A stretch of 64,000 nt of DNA from Patescibacteria group bacterium (lineage in GTDB: Bacteria; Patescibacteriota; Minisyncoccia; Phycocordibacterales; Phycocordibacteraceae): NCBI GenBank assembly GCA_018971045.1, contig JAGWVF010000005.1:10764-74763 (forward strand), in the 5' to 3' direction. The notes beneath the pieces were generated by a model, which was not told the origin of the DNA, ran no database searches, and was given only the letters and a program-made list of their open reading frames with translations. This document shows, piece after piece, positions 1 to 9,544 of this stretch. Each line of letters begins with the position of its first letter. Position 1 is the stretch's first letter. The translations under genes were made by a program, and so were the position numbers.

Positions 1-823
1 CACGAGCCGCCAGATTCGCGAGCGCCTCGAGCGCGAACTCGAAGTGAATGTCGGATTGAAAGTCAATTTTGATAAGAGCGAGGTCTTTCACGTCTCCGGA
101 CGCGGCGAGCTGCATATCGCGGTCTTGCTCGAAAATATGCGCCGCGAGGGTTACGAACTCCAGGTCTCACAGCCGCACGTGATTACGCGCGAAGAAAACG
201 GCGTGAAGCTTGAACCGTTCGAGGAGGTGATCATTGATTCTCCTTCGGAATTTCAGGGCGCCGTTATTGAGAAGCTTGGACAGCGCGCATTCGTGCTCCA
301 GAACGTGGAACAGGAGGGCGATCACGTTCGGCTCACGCTTCACGGTCCGACGCGCGGACTTCTGGGTTACAAGAGCTCGTTCATTATCGACACCAAGGGC
401 GAGGGTATTCTTTCATCACGTTTTATCGGCTTCGAGCCGTATGCGGGCGAGATCAAAAAAAGGCAGGTCGGCTCGATGATCTCGATGGCGAACGGAAAGG
501 CGCTCGGCTTCTCGCTCTGGAATCTCCAGGATCGCGGCCAGCTCTATATCACGCCCGCGACCGAGATTTACGAAGGGATGGTGGTGGGGAATACGTCGAA
601 AGGCGAAGAGATGATGGTGAATCCGACAAAAGGGAAACAGCTTTCCAACATGCGCGCCTCCGGCTCGGACGAAGCGATTTACCTCACGCCGGCGTACGAG
701 CTCACGATTGAACGCGGGCTCGAGATCATGGCTGACGACGAGTATCTCGAGATTACGCCCGCATCAGTACGCCTTCGCAAACAGCATCTCACCGAGAACG
801 AACGCGCCAAGGCGCGCCGCTGA
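1..823 (+). CDS. typA: Translational GTPase TypA/BipA, C-terminal part (5' end outside window)
   Basis: GRGELHIAVLLENMRREGYE, EPFE, NPTKGKQLSNMRASGSDE and EYLEITP motifs typical of BipA domains III-CTD. Confidence 0.95.
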   Translation, partial: TSRQIRERLERELEVNVGLKVNFDKSEVFHVSGRGELHIAVLLENMRREGYELQVSQPHVITREENGVKLEPFEEVIIDSPSEFQGAVIEKLGQRAFVLQNVEQEGDHVRLTLHGPTRGLLGYKSSFIIDTKGEGILSSRFIGFEPYAGEIKKRQVGSMISMANGKALGFSLWNLQDRGQLYITPATEIYEGMVVGNTSKGEEMMVNPTKGKQLSNMRASGSDEAIYLTPAYELTIERGLEIMADDEYLEITPASVRLRKQHLTENERAKARR

Positions 824-843
824 CTGCTATACTTTTGGAGCCG

Positions 844-1158
844 ATGAAATCGTTTCGTTACTACTTCTTTCTCGTTCTCCATATCGTCCTCTTAATTGCG
901 TGGTATACGTCGCCTTTCTACCTTGACTGGCGGATCGTCATCCTCACCGTCGTTCTGTACCATTTCCAGCTCTACTATGCGAAAGGGTGTCTCATCACCC
1001 AGGGGCAGTTCGGGAAGCAGAACGAGGGATTCTATTACCATTACCTTACCAAGTTCGGATTTCATCCCGATAAAAAAAAGCTCTCCTTCGTGCTTGATTA
1101 TATTATTCCGGGCATGATGATTGTACTCGCGATTACGCTTCAGGTGGTACTGAAGTAG
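844..1158 (+). CDS. Small membrane protein (DUF2784-like)
   Basis: Three hydrophobic segments and a GCLIT motif. ATG 844 is preceded by GGAG and TGCTATACT (825-833). Confidence 0.55.
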   Translation: MKSFRYYFFLVLHIVLLIAWYTSPFYLDWRIVILTVVLYHFQLYYAKGCLITQGQFGKQNEGFYYHYLTKFGFHPDKKKLSFVLDYIIPGMMIVLAITLQVVLK

Positions 1159-1708
1159 GCGCTGAAAAAAAGGGCTGCAACAAAGGCGGCATGCTCCAGC
1201 GGGAGAGCGGGAGCGCCCGCGCGATCGCCGGAGCATTGACGGCAGCGTACTGTTTCTCTTCCCCGATCTTCTTAAAGCCGAGCAGAGAGTAAAACCGGTC
1301 ATGTTTCGGATTGATTGAGATGCAGAGGTAATCCACGCCCAATTGTCTGGCGTACGTCAGTACGGCGGCGAAGAGAGGGGCCGCGGCAAAGGGGGAATGA
1401 CGCTCGTTTCGATCGACGGCGAACTGAACGACCTCGGCGAGCGTCTTCCCGCTCGCGCGCCACGGAGCGAGCTCGCGAGCGTAGAGGCTGTCCATCGGGA
1501 GCCCTTCCGTATCGGGCACGATTGAGAGGGTGCCGATCAGTGTTTCGTTACGAAACAGACCAAAGGTCCGCGCGCCTGGAGCGTCCAGATATTTTGAGAT
1601 CGAGTCCGTAACGCGGTACCCTTCGGCCTCGTACGCGCGCCGCACCAGATCCATCGCCGCGCGCCGCTCCCCGTCCGTCGAGAGTTGACGGCAGGGGGTC
1701 GAGGTCAT
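1133..1708 (-). CDS. N-acyl amino acid synthase, FeeM/NasY/OxzA-like (GNAT fold)
   Basis: LVRRAYxxxGY, GTLSIVPD-GLPMD, LAEVVQFAVD, ISINPKHDRFY-LLGF and NAPA match the FeeM-type NAS family. ATGA overlap with the ACP gene. Confidence 0.85.
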   Translation of the reverse strand: MTSTPCRQLSTDGERRAAMDLVRRAYEAEGYRVTDSISKYLDAPGARTFGLFRNETLIGTLSIVPDTEGLPMDSLYARELAPWRASGKTLAEVVQFAVDRNERHSPFAAAPLFAAVLTYARQLGVDYLCISINPKHDRFYSLLGFKKIGEEKQYAAVNAPAIARALPLSRWSMPPLLQPFFSAPTSVPPEA

Positions 1709-1968
1709 TGCGGAACTCTCGCCGCCGCGGTGGTGTCAGCCGCGGGGAGCGAGTGAATATAGGATAAAATATCTCCCACCGTCTCCACGCGGGCAATCTC
1801 GTCATAGGTTACGCGGCGCCCGGTCATTTGCTCAAACGCGACGAGAAGCTCGAAGAGCGCGATAGAGTCTTTCGCCAGGTCAACGAGCTTCTTTTCCGCG
1901 GTAACCTCGGCTCGAGGCACGTCGAGAGTCTTCGATACAATGCCGATGACTACGTCAGTGAGTTCCAT
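1705..1968 (-). CDS. Acyl carrier protein
   Basis: 87 aa, acidic, DLAKDSIALFELL (phosphopantetheine Ser) and ETVGDIL motif. Confidence 0.9.
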   Translation of the reverse strand: MELTDVVIGIVSKTLDVPRAEVTAEKKLVDLAKDSIALFELLVAFEQMTGRRVTYDEIARVETVGDILSYIHSLPAADTTAAARVPQ

Positions 1969-1971
1969 ACG

Positions 1972-2550
1972 TCAGGATAGAGTGTACCGTCCAAAAGGAG
2001 GCAAGGCAATCGCCGCCATCCAGTGCGTCGAACCAACGCGCGCGGCATAGACGGTCGCCGGCAGACGGTAGCCATGGATACAGATCGCCGATGAACCGGA
2101 CAGGATAGGAGTCAGATCAACTCGAGCCGGGTGTGTCCGTAAGCCGGTACCGATCGCTTTTATCACGGCCTCCTTCATTGACCAGAGGAGTGTGCGCCAT
2201 ATATCGCGAGATTCGAGAGAGTGCGCCTTGATCCAGTTCAGCTCGGATGGGGTGAGGAAGACATTCTCGATGCGCGGAGAGAATGACCTGATGCGCTCAA
2301 CGTCAACGCCGAGAAGACGAGACTTTGTACTCGCGAATGCGAGCGCGTACGGGTACGCATGCGAGATGGAGAGCGCGATCGGGCGCGCGCAGTCCCGTCT
2401 CACGCCGTATGGTTTTCCCGTCGTCTCGCGCTTAATCTCGACAAGGGGAGACGCGGCCGCATGCTGCAGAGCACGCCGCGCCGCCCTCCTTCCGGCGATC
2501 CTGAGCGCTTCTCTCGAGTCTTCAGTGCAGGTCGTGAGGGAGAGAATCAT
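1972..2550 (-). CDS. 4'-phosphopantetheinyl transferase (Sfp-type)
   Basis: GKP, LSISHA, LGVDVE and WSMKEAVIKAIGTGL motifs. Confidence 0.9.
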   Translation of the reverse strand: MILSLTTCTEDSREALRIAGRRAARRALQHAAASPLVEIKRETTGKPYGVRRDCARPIALSISHAYPYALAFASTKSRLLGVDVERIRSFSPRIENVFLTPSELNWIKAHSLESRDIWRTLLWSMKEAVIKAIGTGLRTHPARVDLTPILSGSSAICIHGYRLPATVYAARVGSTHWMAAIALPPFGRYTLS

Positions 2551-3191
2551 TCTGCGAGCGGGCTGAAGAAGGTGCTCATATACTGAAGTTTTGTTTCAGC
2601 AGTGCCGCGTATGATCGGACTATAGTGTATGCGCGCGTCCGTTACGGTCTTCGGATGGATAAAGGAGTCGGTCGTGAATCCCGACAGCCGAACAAACAAT
2701 GTGGGGTAGTCGTGAGCGAAGAGCATCTTAAATCCATTGTGGAACTCTTCAGTTATCACGCCCCCCTCGACGATGCGGCCCTCAGGGAAGAGCAGTACCG
2801 TGCGCTGTTTATCGAGCAGTCCTCGGGTAAAGAGAAGTTTTTTCGCCCGTTCCATCTTGGTCTTGCCGATATCGTAGGCGCCGATGAGCCGCATCGCCCG
2901 ACCGAGGACGGGGCGGCGGGCGTAATCGGGCGTTACCGGGTAGCGCATCGGCACGGCCGTGAGCCAGTTCTGGTGTCCGAGATTATACGTAACGAGGAAA
3001 GGATCGAGCATGCTGCGATGGTTCGCGAGAACCAGCGTCCCCGGAGGGACATAGAGATCGCGAGGAATCGAGACCGTAAGGCCGATGCGGCGGGAGAGCC
3101 ACCAGTCGACCGGACAGGTCGCTATCTGCGTCGTGATGAAAAAACTGTCAAGGGCGACAGTGCCGAGACTTCTTCCGAGCTTGGCAAGCAT
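2547..3191 (-). CDS. PlsC-like (lysophospholipid) acyltransferase
   Basis: NHRSMLD (HxxxxD) and FPEG motifs. Confidence 0.85.
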   Translation of the reverse strand: MLAKLGRSLGTVALDSFFITTQIATCPVDWWLSRRIGLTVSIPRDLYVPPGTLVLANHRSMLDPFLVTYNLGHQNWLTAVPMRYPVTPDYARRPVLGRAMRLIGAYDIGKTKMERAKKLLFTRGLLDKQRTVLLFPEGRIVEGGVITEEFHNGFKMLFAHDYPTLFVRLSGFTTDSFIHPKTVTDARIHYSPIIRGTAETKLQYMSTFFSPLAE

Positions 3192-3203
3192 ATTGGGTAC
3201 CTT

Positions 3204-4070
3204 CTAGCGTACCATGCGCGCAAGGTACCATTTCTTGATCCTCTGGATAATGTTGCGGTTTCCGCCTCGAAGGCGCGTACGGCGGAATTTACGCACAAAG
3301 GGGTCAAATTGCCACGAAACAGGGGCTGATTCGTAAGGAAGGCCGATAATGACTTTATACGCTTCGCACCCTATAAGAGCGGCGCAAGCAAGAGTTCCTA
3401 CGACGGTTGATGGCGCACGATGTCCAGTGAGATCAATGCCTTTCGGCGGGAAGTACGGATATTGAAGAAGCCGCGGAGCGACTCCGATGGCGAATCTTAT
3501 GAGTTGCTCCTGCTCTGATAAACCGTCTTTCAGATCGAAGTATTCATCGAAGCTCATTCCAGTCGGACTGAAGTTTGTCATTGAGGACCCGAATCCGACA
3601 GGCGCGGCGTTCAGCACGGGGATTCCGCGGCTACGGCATTCCCGGTACAGGAGCCGATGAATTAAAGGAGAAAAGAAATCAATGCCGTCGCAGGCGAGCG
3701 CGCAGTTTTGTAGAAATTTCTCGGCATTTTCAGGCGTGAGCGCCGAAAAGACGCGCACCTCGGCTGTCGGGTTGATGTCTTTGATCATTCGCTCCATCAC
3801 GGCCGCTTTACTCGCGCCCATCGTGCTTGTCGTCGCGCCCTGTTGGCGGTTGGTGTTCGCGACCTCAAAGGCGTCAGGGTCGGCAATCGAGAAATGCCCG
3901 ATGCCAAGCCGGGCGAGAGTGGTCGCGTAGATGCCCCCCACGCCTCCGAGTCCTGCGATAGCGACGCGGGCATTGCGGAGCTTTTCTTGGCGGTCTCGAG
4001 AAATAAGGTCGAAATTCCGATCAAACGCGCGATCGTATATCCATTCGGAAGATGATCCCACCTCGTTCAT
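3204..4070 (-). CDS. ThiF-family adenylyltransferase (resembles OxzB ThiF domain)
   Basis: AFDRN, GLGGVGG, ADPDAFEVANTNRQ, DGIDFF and GMSFDEYF motifs. Start moved to ATG 4070, with -10 TATACT 8 nt upstream. Confidence 0.85.
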   Translation of the reverse strand: MNEVGSSSEWIYDRAFDRNFDLISRDRQEKLRNARVAIAGLGGVGGIYATTLARLGIGHFSIADPDAFEVANTNRQQGATTSTMGASKAAVMERMIKDINPTAEVRVFSALTPENAEKFLQNCALACDGIDFFSPLIHRLLYRECRSRGIPVLNAAPVGFGSSMTNFSPTGMSFDEYFDLKDGLSEQEQLIRFAIGVAPRLLQYPYFPPKGIDLTGHRAPSTVVGTLACAALIGCEAYKVIIGLPYESAPVSWQFDPFVRKFRRTRLRGGNRNIIQRIKKWYLARMVR

Positions 4071-4130
4071 TACTGGATAGTATACCCGATTGTGGCCGCG
4101 TCGAGTGCAACTTCGTGTATAATAGCGGCA
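4071..4130. promoter_or_regulatory. Divergent back-to-back -10 elements (leaderless promoters) for ThiF and nitroreductase genes
   Basis: TATACT on minus strand at 4079-4084 and TATAAT on plus strand at 4118-4123, each 7-8 nt before an ATG, with no SD. Confidence 0.6.
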
Positions 4131-5219
4131 ATGAATGACGATCTCCGTTTTATCCTTGGAGAAGCGATCAAAGCTCCGTCGGGCGATAATAATCAGCCGT
4201 GGCGTTGGAAAGTGCAGGGGACCGTGTTGCACCTATGGGACGAATCTCCGGATGACCCTGTTTCGGCTCTCTACGGCGGGACGCATGAGCGGCGCCACTC
4301 CTCGCTGATTGTCTTTGGAGCCGCTATCGAGAATGTCGTACTGGCCGCAACCACGCGCGGCTATCGATCCGAGGTTCAGTATTTCCCCGACCCGGAGAAG
4401 CCGGATTTCATTGCTTCGATAACGTTGACAAGCGACCGAGAAGTGAATCCCGATCCGTTGGCGGCGGGCATCTCTCTTCGGACGACGAATCGCCGATCCT
4501 ATCGGCGTACCCCGCTTACTTCTCGCGAGCGGAGCGAGTTGACCCAAGCAGCCGGCGAAAGGGGATCGGTCGTGTTCATCGACGCGCCGAAGGATCTCGA
4601 CGCGCTTGCCGCTGACGCGGCAATCAATAATGAATATATTTTCTCGGTGAAAGCCGTTCATGATTATATGTTCTCGAAAATCACGTGGACCAAGGCTGAA
4701 GACAATCGCATGCGAACCGGCTTTTATTTCCCCACGCTCGCCGCTCCGCCGTTTTCGTGGGGAGCGATGCAGCTCCTCAGCCACTGGCCGCTGATGCGGG
4801 TCGGAGCGGCCATCGGCCTTCATCGCCTCATCGCTCTTGAACAACGATGGGTGTATCGGCAAGCCGGAAATTTCGGTCTCGTGACGGCCTCCGGGAACGA
4901 ACCCGAAGATTTGGTTCGTTGCGGCCGAAGCGTCGAACGCTTATGGATTATGGCGGCGCTGAACGGGCTCAGTCTCCAGCCTCTGAATGGAACGCTCCTC
5001 TTCGCCGAGAATGCGGATACTCCCGAAGGGATCGCTCTGCTGACGCCCGCCGAACGAAAACGGCTCAAGGCCGCACGGATTGATATTGCCCGCCGTTTCG
5101 GAGTTTCTCCGGACGCCATGGCCTTCCTGTTTCGGATCGGACGAGCGAAGCCGCCATCGGCGCGCACCTCGCGCCTGCCTCTTGAGAGCCGGGCGACGAT
5201 ACTGTCGAGAGAACCATAA
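4131..5219 (+). CDS. Nitroreductase-like flavin oxidoreductase (Acg/OxzB C-domain-like)
   Basis: APSGDNNQPW, FGAAIENVVLAA, RTTNRRSY, GRSVERLWI-A-GLSLQP and FRIGRA motifs. Start moved to ATG 4131. Confidence 0.8.
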   Translation: MNDDLRFILGEAIKAPSGDNNQPWRWKVQGTVLHLWDESPDDPVSALYGGTHERRHSSLIVFGAAIENVVLAATTRGYRSEVQYFPDPEKPDFIASITLTSDREVNPDPLAAGISLRTTNRRSYRRTPLTSRERSELTQAAGERGSVVFIDAPKDLDALAADAAINNEYIFSVKAVHDYMFSKITWTKAEDNRMRTGFYFPTLAAPPFSWGAMQLLSHWPLMRVGAAIGLHRLIALEQRWVYRQAGNFGLVTASGNEPEDLVRCGRSVERLWIMAALNGLSLQPLNGTLLFAENADTPEGIALLTPAERKRLKAARIDIARRFGVSPDAMAFLFRIGRAKPPSARTSRLPLESRATILSREP

Positions 5220-5225
5220 TTTTCT

Positions 5226-6518
5226 ATGCCTGTTTCTTTCGATCCGGCAACCTATGCGCCGAGAACGCGCCGGCGATCGTCGCTTCGCGTCGGGCTTTTT
5301 CTCGCGTCTCGGCTCACGCGGGCCAATATCGGCACCAGTCTTCTTATCGTTCTAGTGATGGTGCTTACGTATCTCAATTTAATCATGGTGAGCGGCATCA
5401 TGGTCGGCATTGTCGAGGGCCTCAATCAGGAACGCCAGACGAATTACAGCGGAGACATCATGGTGAGCAAGCTGAGCCAATACGATTCGATTCAAAATTC
5501 GCCCGATATAGAATCGTATCTCCGTTCGCTCCCCGCCGTCGCGTCTCTGTCGCCGCGATACGTCGCGGCGGGGGTGCTTGAAGCGAACTATGCTGACAAG
5601 CTTCGACCGCAGGATCTCCCGGACTCGATCACCGCGAACATCGTCGGCATCGATCCGCCTCTTGAGGATGCCACCACGCACTTCTCGCATCTCATCGTTG
5701 CCGGACAGTATCTTCAGCCAAGCGACTACGATCAGGTACTGGTGGGCACGAGTCTCCTCGCCGAGTTCAAACAATTGACGGCCATTCCCGGAGAAAATCC
5801 GCTTCCAAACACAGGAGTCGGCAGTAAGATCCGCGTTCGTATCGGCAATATCGAACGGGAAATGACCATCAAGGGCATTGTGGGGAGTAAGATGGAAGAG
5901 ATCAATTTGCGGGCGTTTATCGTCGCTCCCGAGTTGCGTTCGATCCTGGGCCGCGTCGACAATGGAGTCAATGAAATAGCCGTTACGCTCGCGCCGGGTA
6001 CGAACGTCATACCGATTGAAAATCAACTCAAGCAATCGATCGTCGGCGCGAACGCGCTTGTGCAGAACGCCGCCGAATCGCGGCCGGTATTCTTTCAAGA
6101 TTTTTCCGTTACGTTCAATCAATTAGGATCGCTCCTCGGCGGAATCGGCTTGATCGTCGCGTGCATCGTGATGTTTATTATCGTGTTTATTAACATTGTG
6201 AATCGCCGGCGATCAATCGGGATCTTGCAGGCTATCGGCATTCGCTCCCTCGGTATCGAGCTGGCCTATATCGCGCAGGCCGTCCTGTACACTCTCGCGG
6301 GATCCATGCTCGGCGTGATCCTCGTGTTCGGTTTTCTCCAGCCCTATTTCCTTAATCATCCGCTTGATTTCCCGTTCAGCAACGGCGTTCTCTCCGTTAC
6401 GCTCGCGGGTGCCGCGGCGCGGATAGTCATTCTCGCGGCCGCCATCATGATCGCCAGCTATGTGCCGGCGCGGCTCATCATGCGTCAAGAAATTGTCGAT
6501 GCGATCTTAGGTCGCTGA
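5226..6518 (+). CDS. ABC transporter permease, MacB/FtsX/LolE family
   Basis: N-terminal TM, large extracytoplasmic loop, RRRSIGILQAIG motif, three C-terminal TMs. Confidence 0.9.
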   Translation: MPVSFDPATYAPRTRRRSSLRVGLFLASRLTRANIGTSLLIVLVMVLTYLNLIMVSGIMVGIVEGLNQERQTNYSGDIMVSKLSQYDSIQNSPDIESYLRSLPAVASLSPRYVAAGVLEANYADKLRPQDLPDSITANIVGIDPPLEDATTHFSHLIVAGQYLQPSDYDQVLVGTSLLAEFKQLTAIPGENPLPNTGVGSKIRVRIGNIEREMTIKGIVGSKMEEINLRAFIVAPELRSILGRVDNGVNEIAVTLAPGTNVIPIENQLKQSIVGANALVQNAAESRPVFFQDFSVTFNQLGSLLGGIGLIVACIVMFIIVFINIVNRRRSIGILQAIGIRSLGIELAYIAQAVLYTLAGSMLGVILVFGFLQPYFLNHPLDFPFSNGVLSVTLAGAAARIVILAAAIMIASYVPARLIMRQEIVDAILGR

Positions 6519-6523
6519 CGCCT

Positions 6524-7252
6524 ATGCTCGAAGCCCGCAATCTTAAAAAGCAGTTTCTTTCAGGAGAAGAATCGTTTGTTCTTTATGAACGGCTCGATCT
6601 CACCGTGAGAGAGGGCGAATTCGTCATTCTCACCGGCCGCTCGGGGAGCGGGAAGTCAACGCTCCTCTATCAGCTCGGGCTTCTCGATACGCCGGCCGAG
6701 GGTGATGTAATAGTCGACGGGGCGTACACGCGCGGGCTCTCGCGTACGGCGCGTACGGATCTTCGTCTCGATCATTTCGGCTACGTGTTCCAAGACTATG
6801 GTCTTATGCCGGAGCTCTCGGCGCTTGATAACGTACTCCTTACCTTTGTCATGCGCGGCGAACCCATGGCGGCGGCGCGCGAGAAAGCGACCGCCGCGCT
6901 CGATCGGGTAGGTCTTGCGGATCGCCTATCGTCCAAGCCTTCGCAATTGTCCGGCGGCCAGCAGCAGCGGGTATCGATCGCCCGAGCCATCGCCCACGCG
7001 CCTCGGTACGTGCTCGCCGACGAACCGACGGCGAATCTCGACAGCGCCAGCGCGAAACGCGTACTCGACTTATTCGGCGATATCCATCGAACGGGATCAA
7101 TCGTCATTATGGTTACGCATGAACTCGAGTCGTTGCGTCTCGCCGATCATGTCTATGAACTTCATGACGGAGTTTTGCGCGAGATGACCCGCGACGGACA
7201 ATCCCCGAACGAGAAGCCGACGGGCGTCAATCTCGACCCCCATAGTCTATAA
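6524..7252 (+). CDS. ABC transporter ATP-binding protein (LolD/MacB-like)
   Basis: GRSGSGKST, LSGGQQQRV, LADEPTANLD, VTH. Confidence 0.95.
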   Translation: MLEARNLKKQFLSGEESFVLYERLDLTVREGEFVILTGRSGSGKSTLLYQLGLLDTPAEGDVIVDGAYTRGLSRTARTDLRLDHFGYVFQDYGLMPELSALDNVLLTFVMRGEPMAAAREKATAALDRVGLADRLSSKPSQLSGGQQQRVSIARAIAHAPRYVLADEPTANLDSASAKRVLDLFGDIHRTGSIVIMVTHELESLRLADHVYELHDGVLREMTRDGQSPNEKPTGVNLDPHSL

Positions 7253-7262
7253 TGAGAAGCTA

Positions 7263-8810
7263 ATGAACCGTCTTGTTATCGCGGGCGTACTCGCAGTGAT
7301 CGTTCTTACGGGTGCGGCGGCGTATATGATTTCCGGACAGGGAAGCGAGTCGGCGCTCGCGAGTGTTCCGGTAACGTATCGAGATCTCACGGCGCGCGTG
7401 CGGATCTCGGGCACGACGGAAGCGCAGCGGTCGGTGGATCTCTCGTTTCGAAATGACGGCATCGTGGGGATCGTTCCGGTGGCCGTCGGCGATACGGTCG
7501 CGACCGGCACCCTGCTCGCGGCGCTTCAAAAGGCGATCTTGCAAGATCAGATTGACCAGGCTATGGCGGCGCTCCAAGCCCAAAAAGCCAACCTTCAGAA
7601 TCTCTTGAACGGCACGCGGCGGGACCAGGTGGCGATTACCCAAGCTCAGCTTGACAGCAGTCAGTCAGGGCTTAAAAGCGCGAATCAGGAGCTCTTGAGT
7701 TCGCTCCGAAACGCGCAGGGCACGGCCGATATCGCGGTACGCATGACGATCGATCAGTTTATTCAAAATCCTTCATTGGCGAGCTCAGTCCTCACGATTC
7801 CTGTCGTGAGCAGTGCTGTCGGGGCCTCAGTGCTCACCGAGCGTCAGCAAATTCAACCCGCGCTCGATACCTGGGCGTCCCGTCTCGCGAACCTTTCGGC
7901 GGCATCGGCCAATGATCTCGTTTCTGCGAGTCGAGACATGCACGCGTATCTCGACACGATCGCGGCGATTCTCGACGGCCTCACCCGCCTCCTCTCCTCC
8001 GGAAATTCTGAACAATTCGCCTCAAGCCAAACGGCCGTCGGCTCGGCGCGTTCCTCGATTATGTCCGTGCGGTCGGCGCTTACTTCGGCCGATCAGGGCG
8101 TCGCGAGCGCGCAGTCGGCCGTCGGCGTCGCTCAAAAACAACTGGCTCTCGATCAAGGCGGCTCGACCCAGTCCACGATTACGGCACAACGCGCCGCGGT
8201 GGCTTCGGCTCAGGCTCGGGTGAACGAGCTCGAAGACGCTCTCGGCGATCTGCGCATCCTCGCGCCCTTTAGCGGTACCGTCGCTTCTCTTACCGCGAAG
8301 GCGAGTGAAGCCGCGCGCGCGGGCATTCCGGAAGTCTCTCTCATCTCGAACGATCCGCTTAAAATCGAGGGATATGTTCCCGAATCGCATTACGCTGAAT
8401 TAGCGGTCGGACAATCCGCCTCGATTCGTTTCATCGCGTTTCCGAACGATACGTTTCAAGGGACGATCGGCCGCATCGATCCCGTTGCCGTCCTCCAGGA
8501 TCAAGTGCCGAACGTCAAGGTAACGATCTATCTCGCTTCTGCCGACGCCCGCTTGAAACCCGGACTCACCGCCACGGCGGATATTGTTACGGAACAGAAG
8601 CCCCACGCGCTCTCTGTCCCTCTCGCGGCGGTACAGGGTTTCGGCGCTTCGGCGACCGTCCTCAGAAAAGTCGCCGGCAAGGTCGAAAGCACGCCCGTAA
8701 CTCTCGGGATTCAGGACAATGACGGGTACGTCGAAATCGTATCCGGATTGTCCGAGCTCGATACGGTGCTCGTCAACGAGACGAGGCAGTACCGGATCGT
8801 GCCGAATTGA
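7263..8810 (+). CDS. Efflux periplasmic adaptor / membrane fusion protein (MacA/HlyD-like)
   Basis: N-terminal anchor, lipoyl halves (VGDTV; ILAPFSGTV), long coiled coil, LKPGLTA and VEIVSGL. Confidence 0.9.
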   Translation: MNRLVIAGVLAVIVLTGAAAYMISGQGSESALASVPVTYRDLTARVRISGTTEAQRSVDLSFRNDGIVGIVPVAVGDTVATGTLLAALQKAILQDQIDQAMAALQAQKANLQNLLNGTRRDQVAITQAQLDSSQSGLKSANQELLSSLRNAQGTADIAVRMTIDQFIQNPSLASSVLTIPVVSSAVGASVLTERQQIQPALDTWASRLANLSAASANDLVSASRDMHAYLDTIAAILDGLTRLLSSGNSEQFASSQTAVGSARSSIMSVRSALTSADQGVASAQSAVGVAQKQLALDQGGSTQSTITAQRAAVASAQARVNELEDALGDLRILAPFSGTVASLTAKASEAARAGIPEVSLISNDPLKIEGYVPESHYAELAVGQSASIRFIAFPNDTFQGTIGRIDPVAVLQDQVPNVKVTIYLASADARLKPGLTATADIVTEQKPHALSVPLAAVQGFGASATVLRKVAGKVESTPVTLGIQDNDGYVEIVSGLSELDTVLVNETRQYRIVPN

Positions 8811-8822
8811 CCCGGAAGCGCC

Positions 8823-9539
8823 ATGCCGATTCTGTGGATTCTCTTCTTTCTTCTCGCGAGCCTCGGGCTCGTTGAAACTTTCCGCTTATGGTGGTTCGTG
8901 AGCCGAGAAAAGCGCCCGCTCGAGAAATTCGAACGCCTCAATCCCGACGCCGCCGTTCATATCCTCTTTGTCGGCGACAGTACGGGGTGGGGGAATGGGA
9001 CAAGCGATCCGCGGTACTCGGTTCCGGGAAGAATCGCCGCCGATTTTCCCGCGGTTCATCTCGAGAATGAAAGCCGCGGAGGCCGGCGTTTGCGGCAGAT
9101 CGCATCGATTCTCGAGAACCGTTTGAAATCGCTCCCCGCGCCCGCTTTCGATCTGGTGGTCGTGATGGTCGGCGGCGCTGATGTGACGTACTTCACGCCC
9201 CTTTGGACCATTCCCGCTACGCTCCGCCGCGTGATCGCGCTCGCGCGCCGCTCTGGGCGAGAGGTGCTTGTCGTGAGCCCCTCGAATGCCGGGCTGGCTC
9301 CGCTCTACGCTTTTCCTCTCTCTTGGATCTATACGTGCCGCGCGCGAAAGATCAAGCGGTACTATGAGGCGGTATGCGAGGAAATGCGCGTTCCCCATAC
9401 GTCGCTCTTTGTCGAGGCGGACGATCCGGTCGTCCTCGGCGGACACTTTTCTCGAGACAAAACCCATCCGAATGACGAGGGATATCGGCTTTGGTATGAG
9501 CACTTGAAAAGCGATATCCGATCTCTCCTCAGTCGCTAG
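8823..9539 (+). CDS. SGNH/GDSL hydrolase, membrane-anchored
   Basis: GDST block I and DKTHPN block V. Confidence 0.9.
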   Translation: MPILWILFFLLASLGLVETFRLWWFVSREKRPLEKFERLNPDAAVHILFVGDSTGWGNGTSDPRYSVPGRIAADFPAVHLENESRGGRRLRQIASILENRLKSLPAPAFDLVVVMVGGADVTYFTPLWTIPATLRRVIALARRSGREVLVVSPSNAGLAPLYAFPLSWIYTCRARKIKRYYEAVCEEMRVPHTSLFVEADDPVVLGGHFSRDKTHPNDEGYRLWYEHLKSDIRSLLSR

Positions 9540-9544
9540 CTCTC

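Noticed and set aside
3204-4070. ThiF as a RiPP (microcin C or TOMM) maturase
   Set aside because: No precursor peptide or YcaO seen; the ACP/synthase/nitroreductase context fits acyl-amino-acid chemistry better
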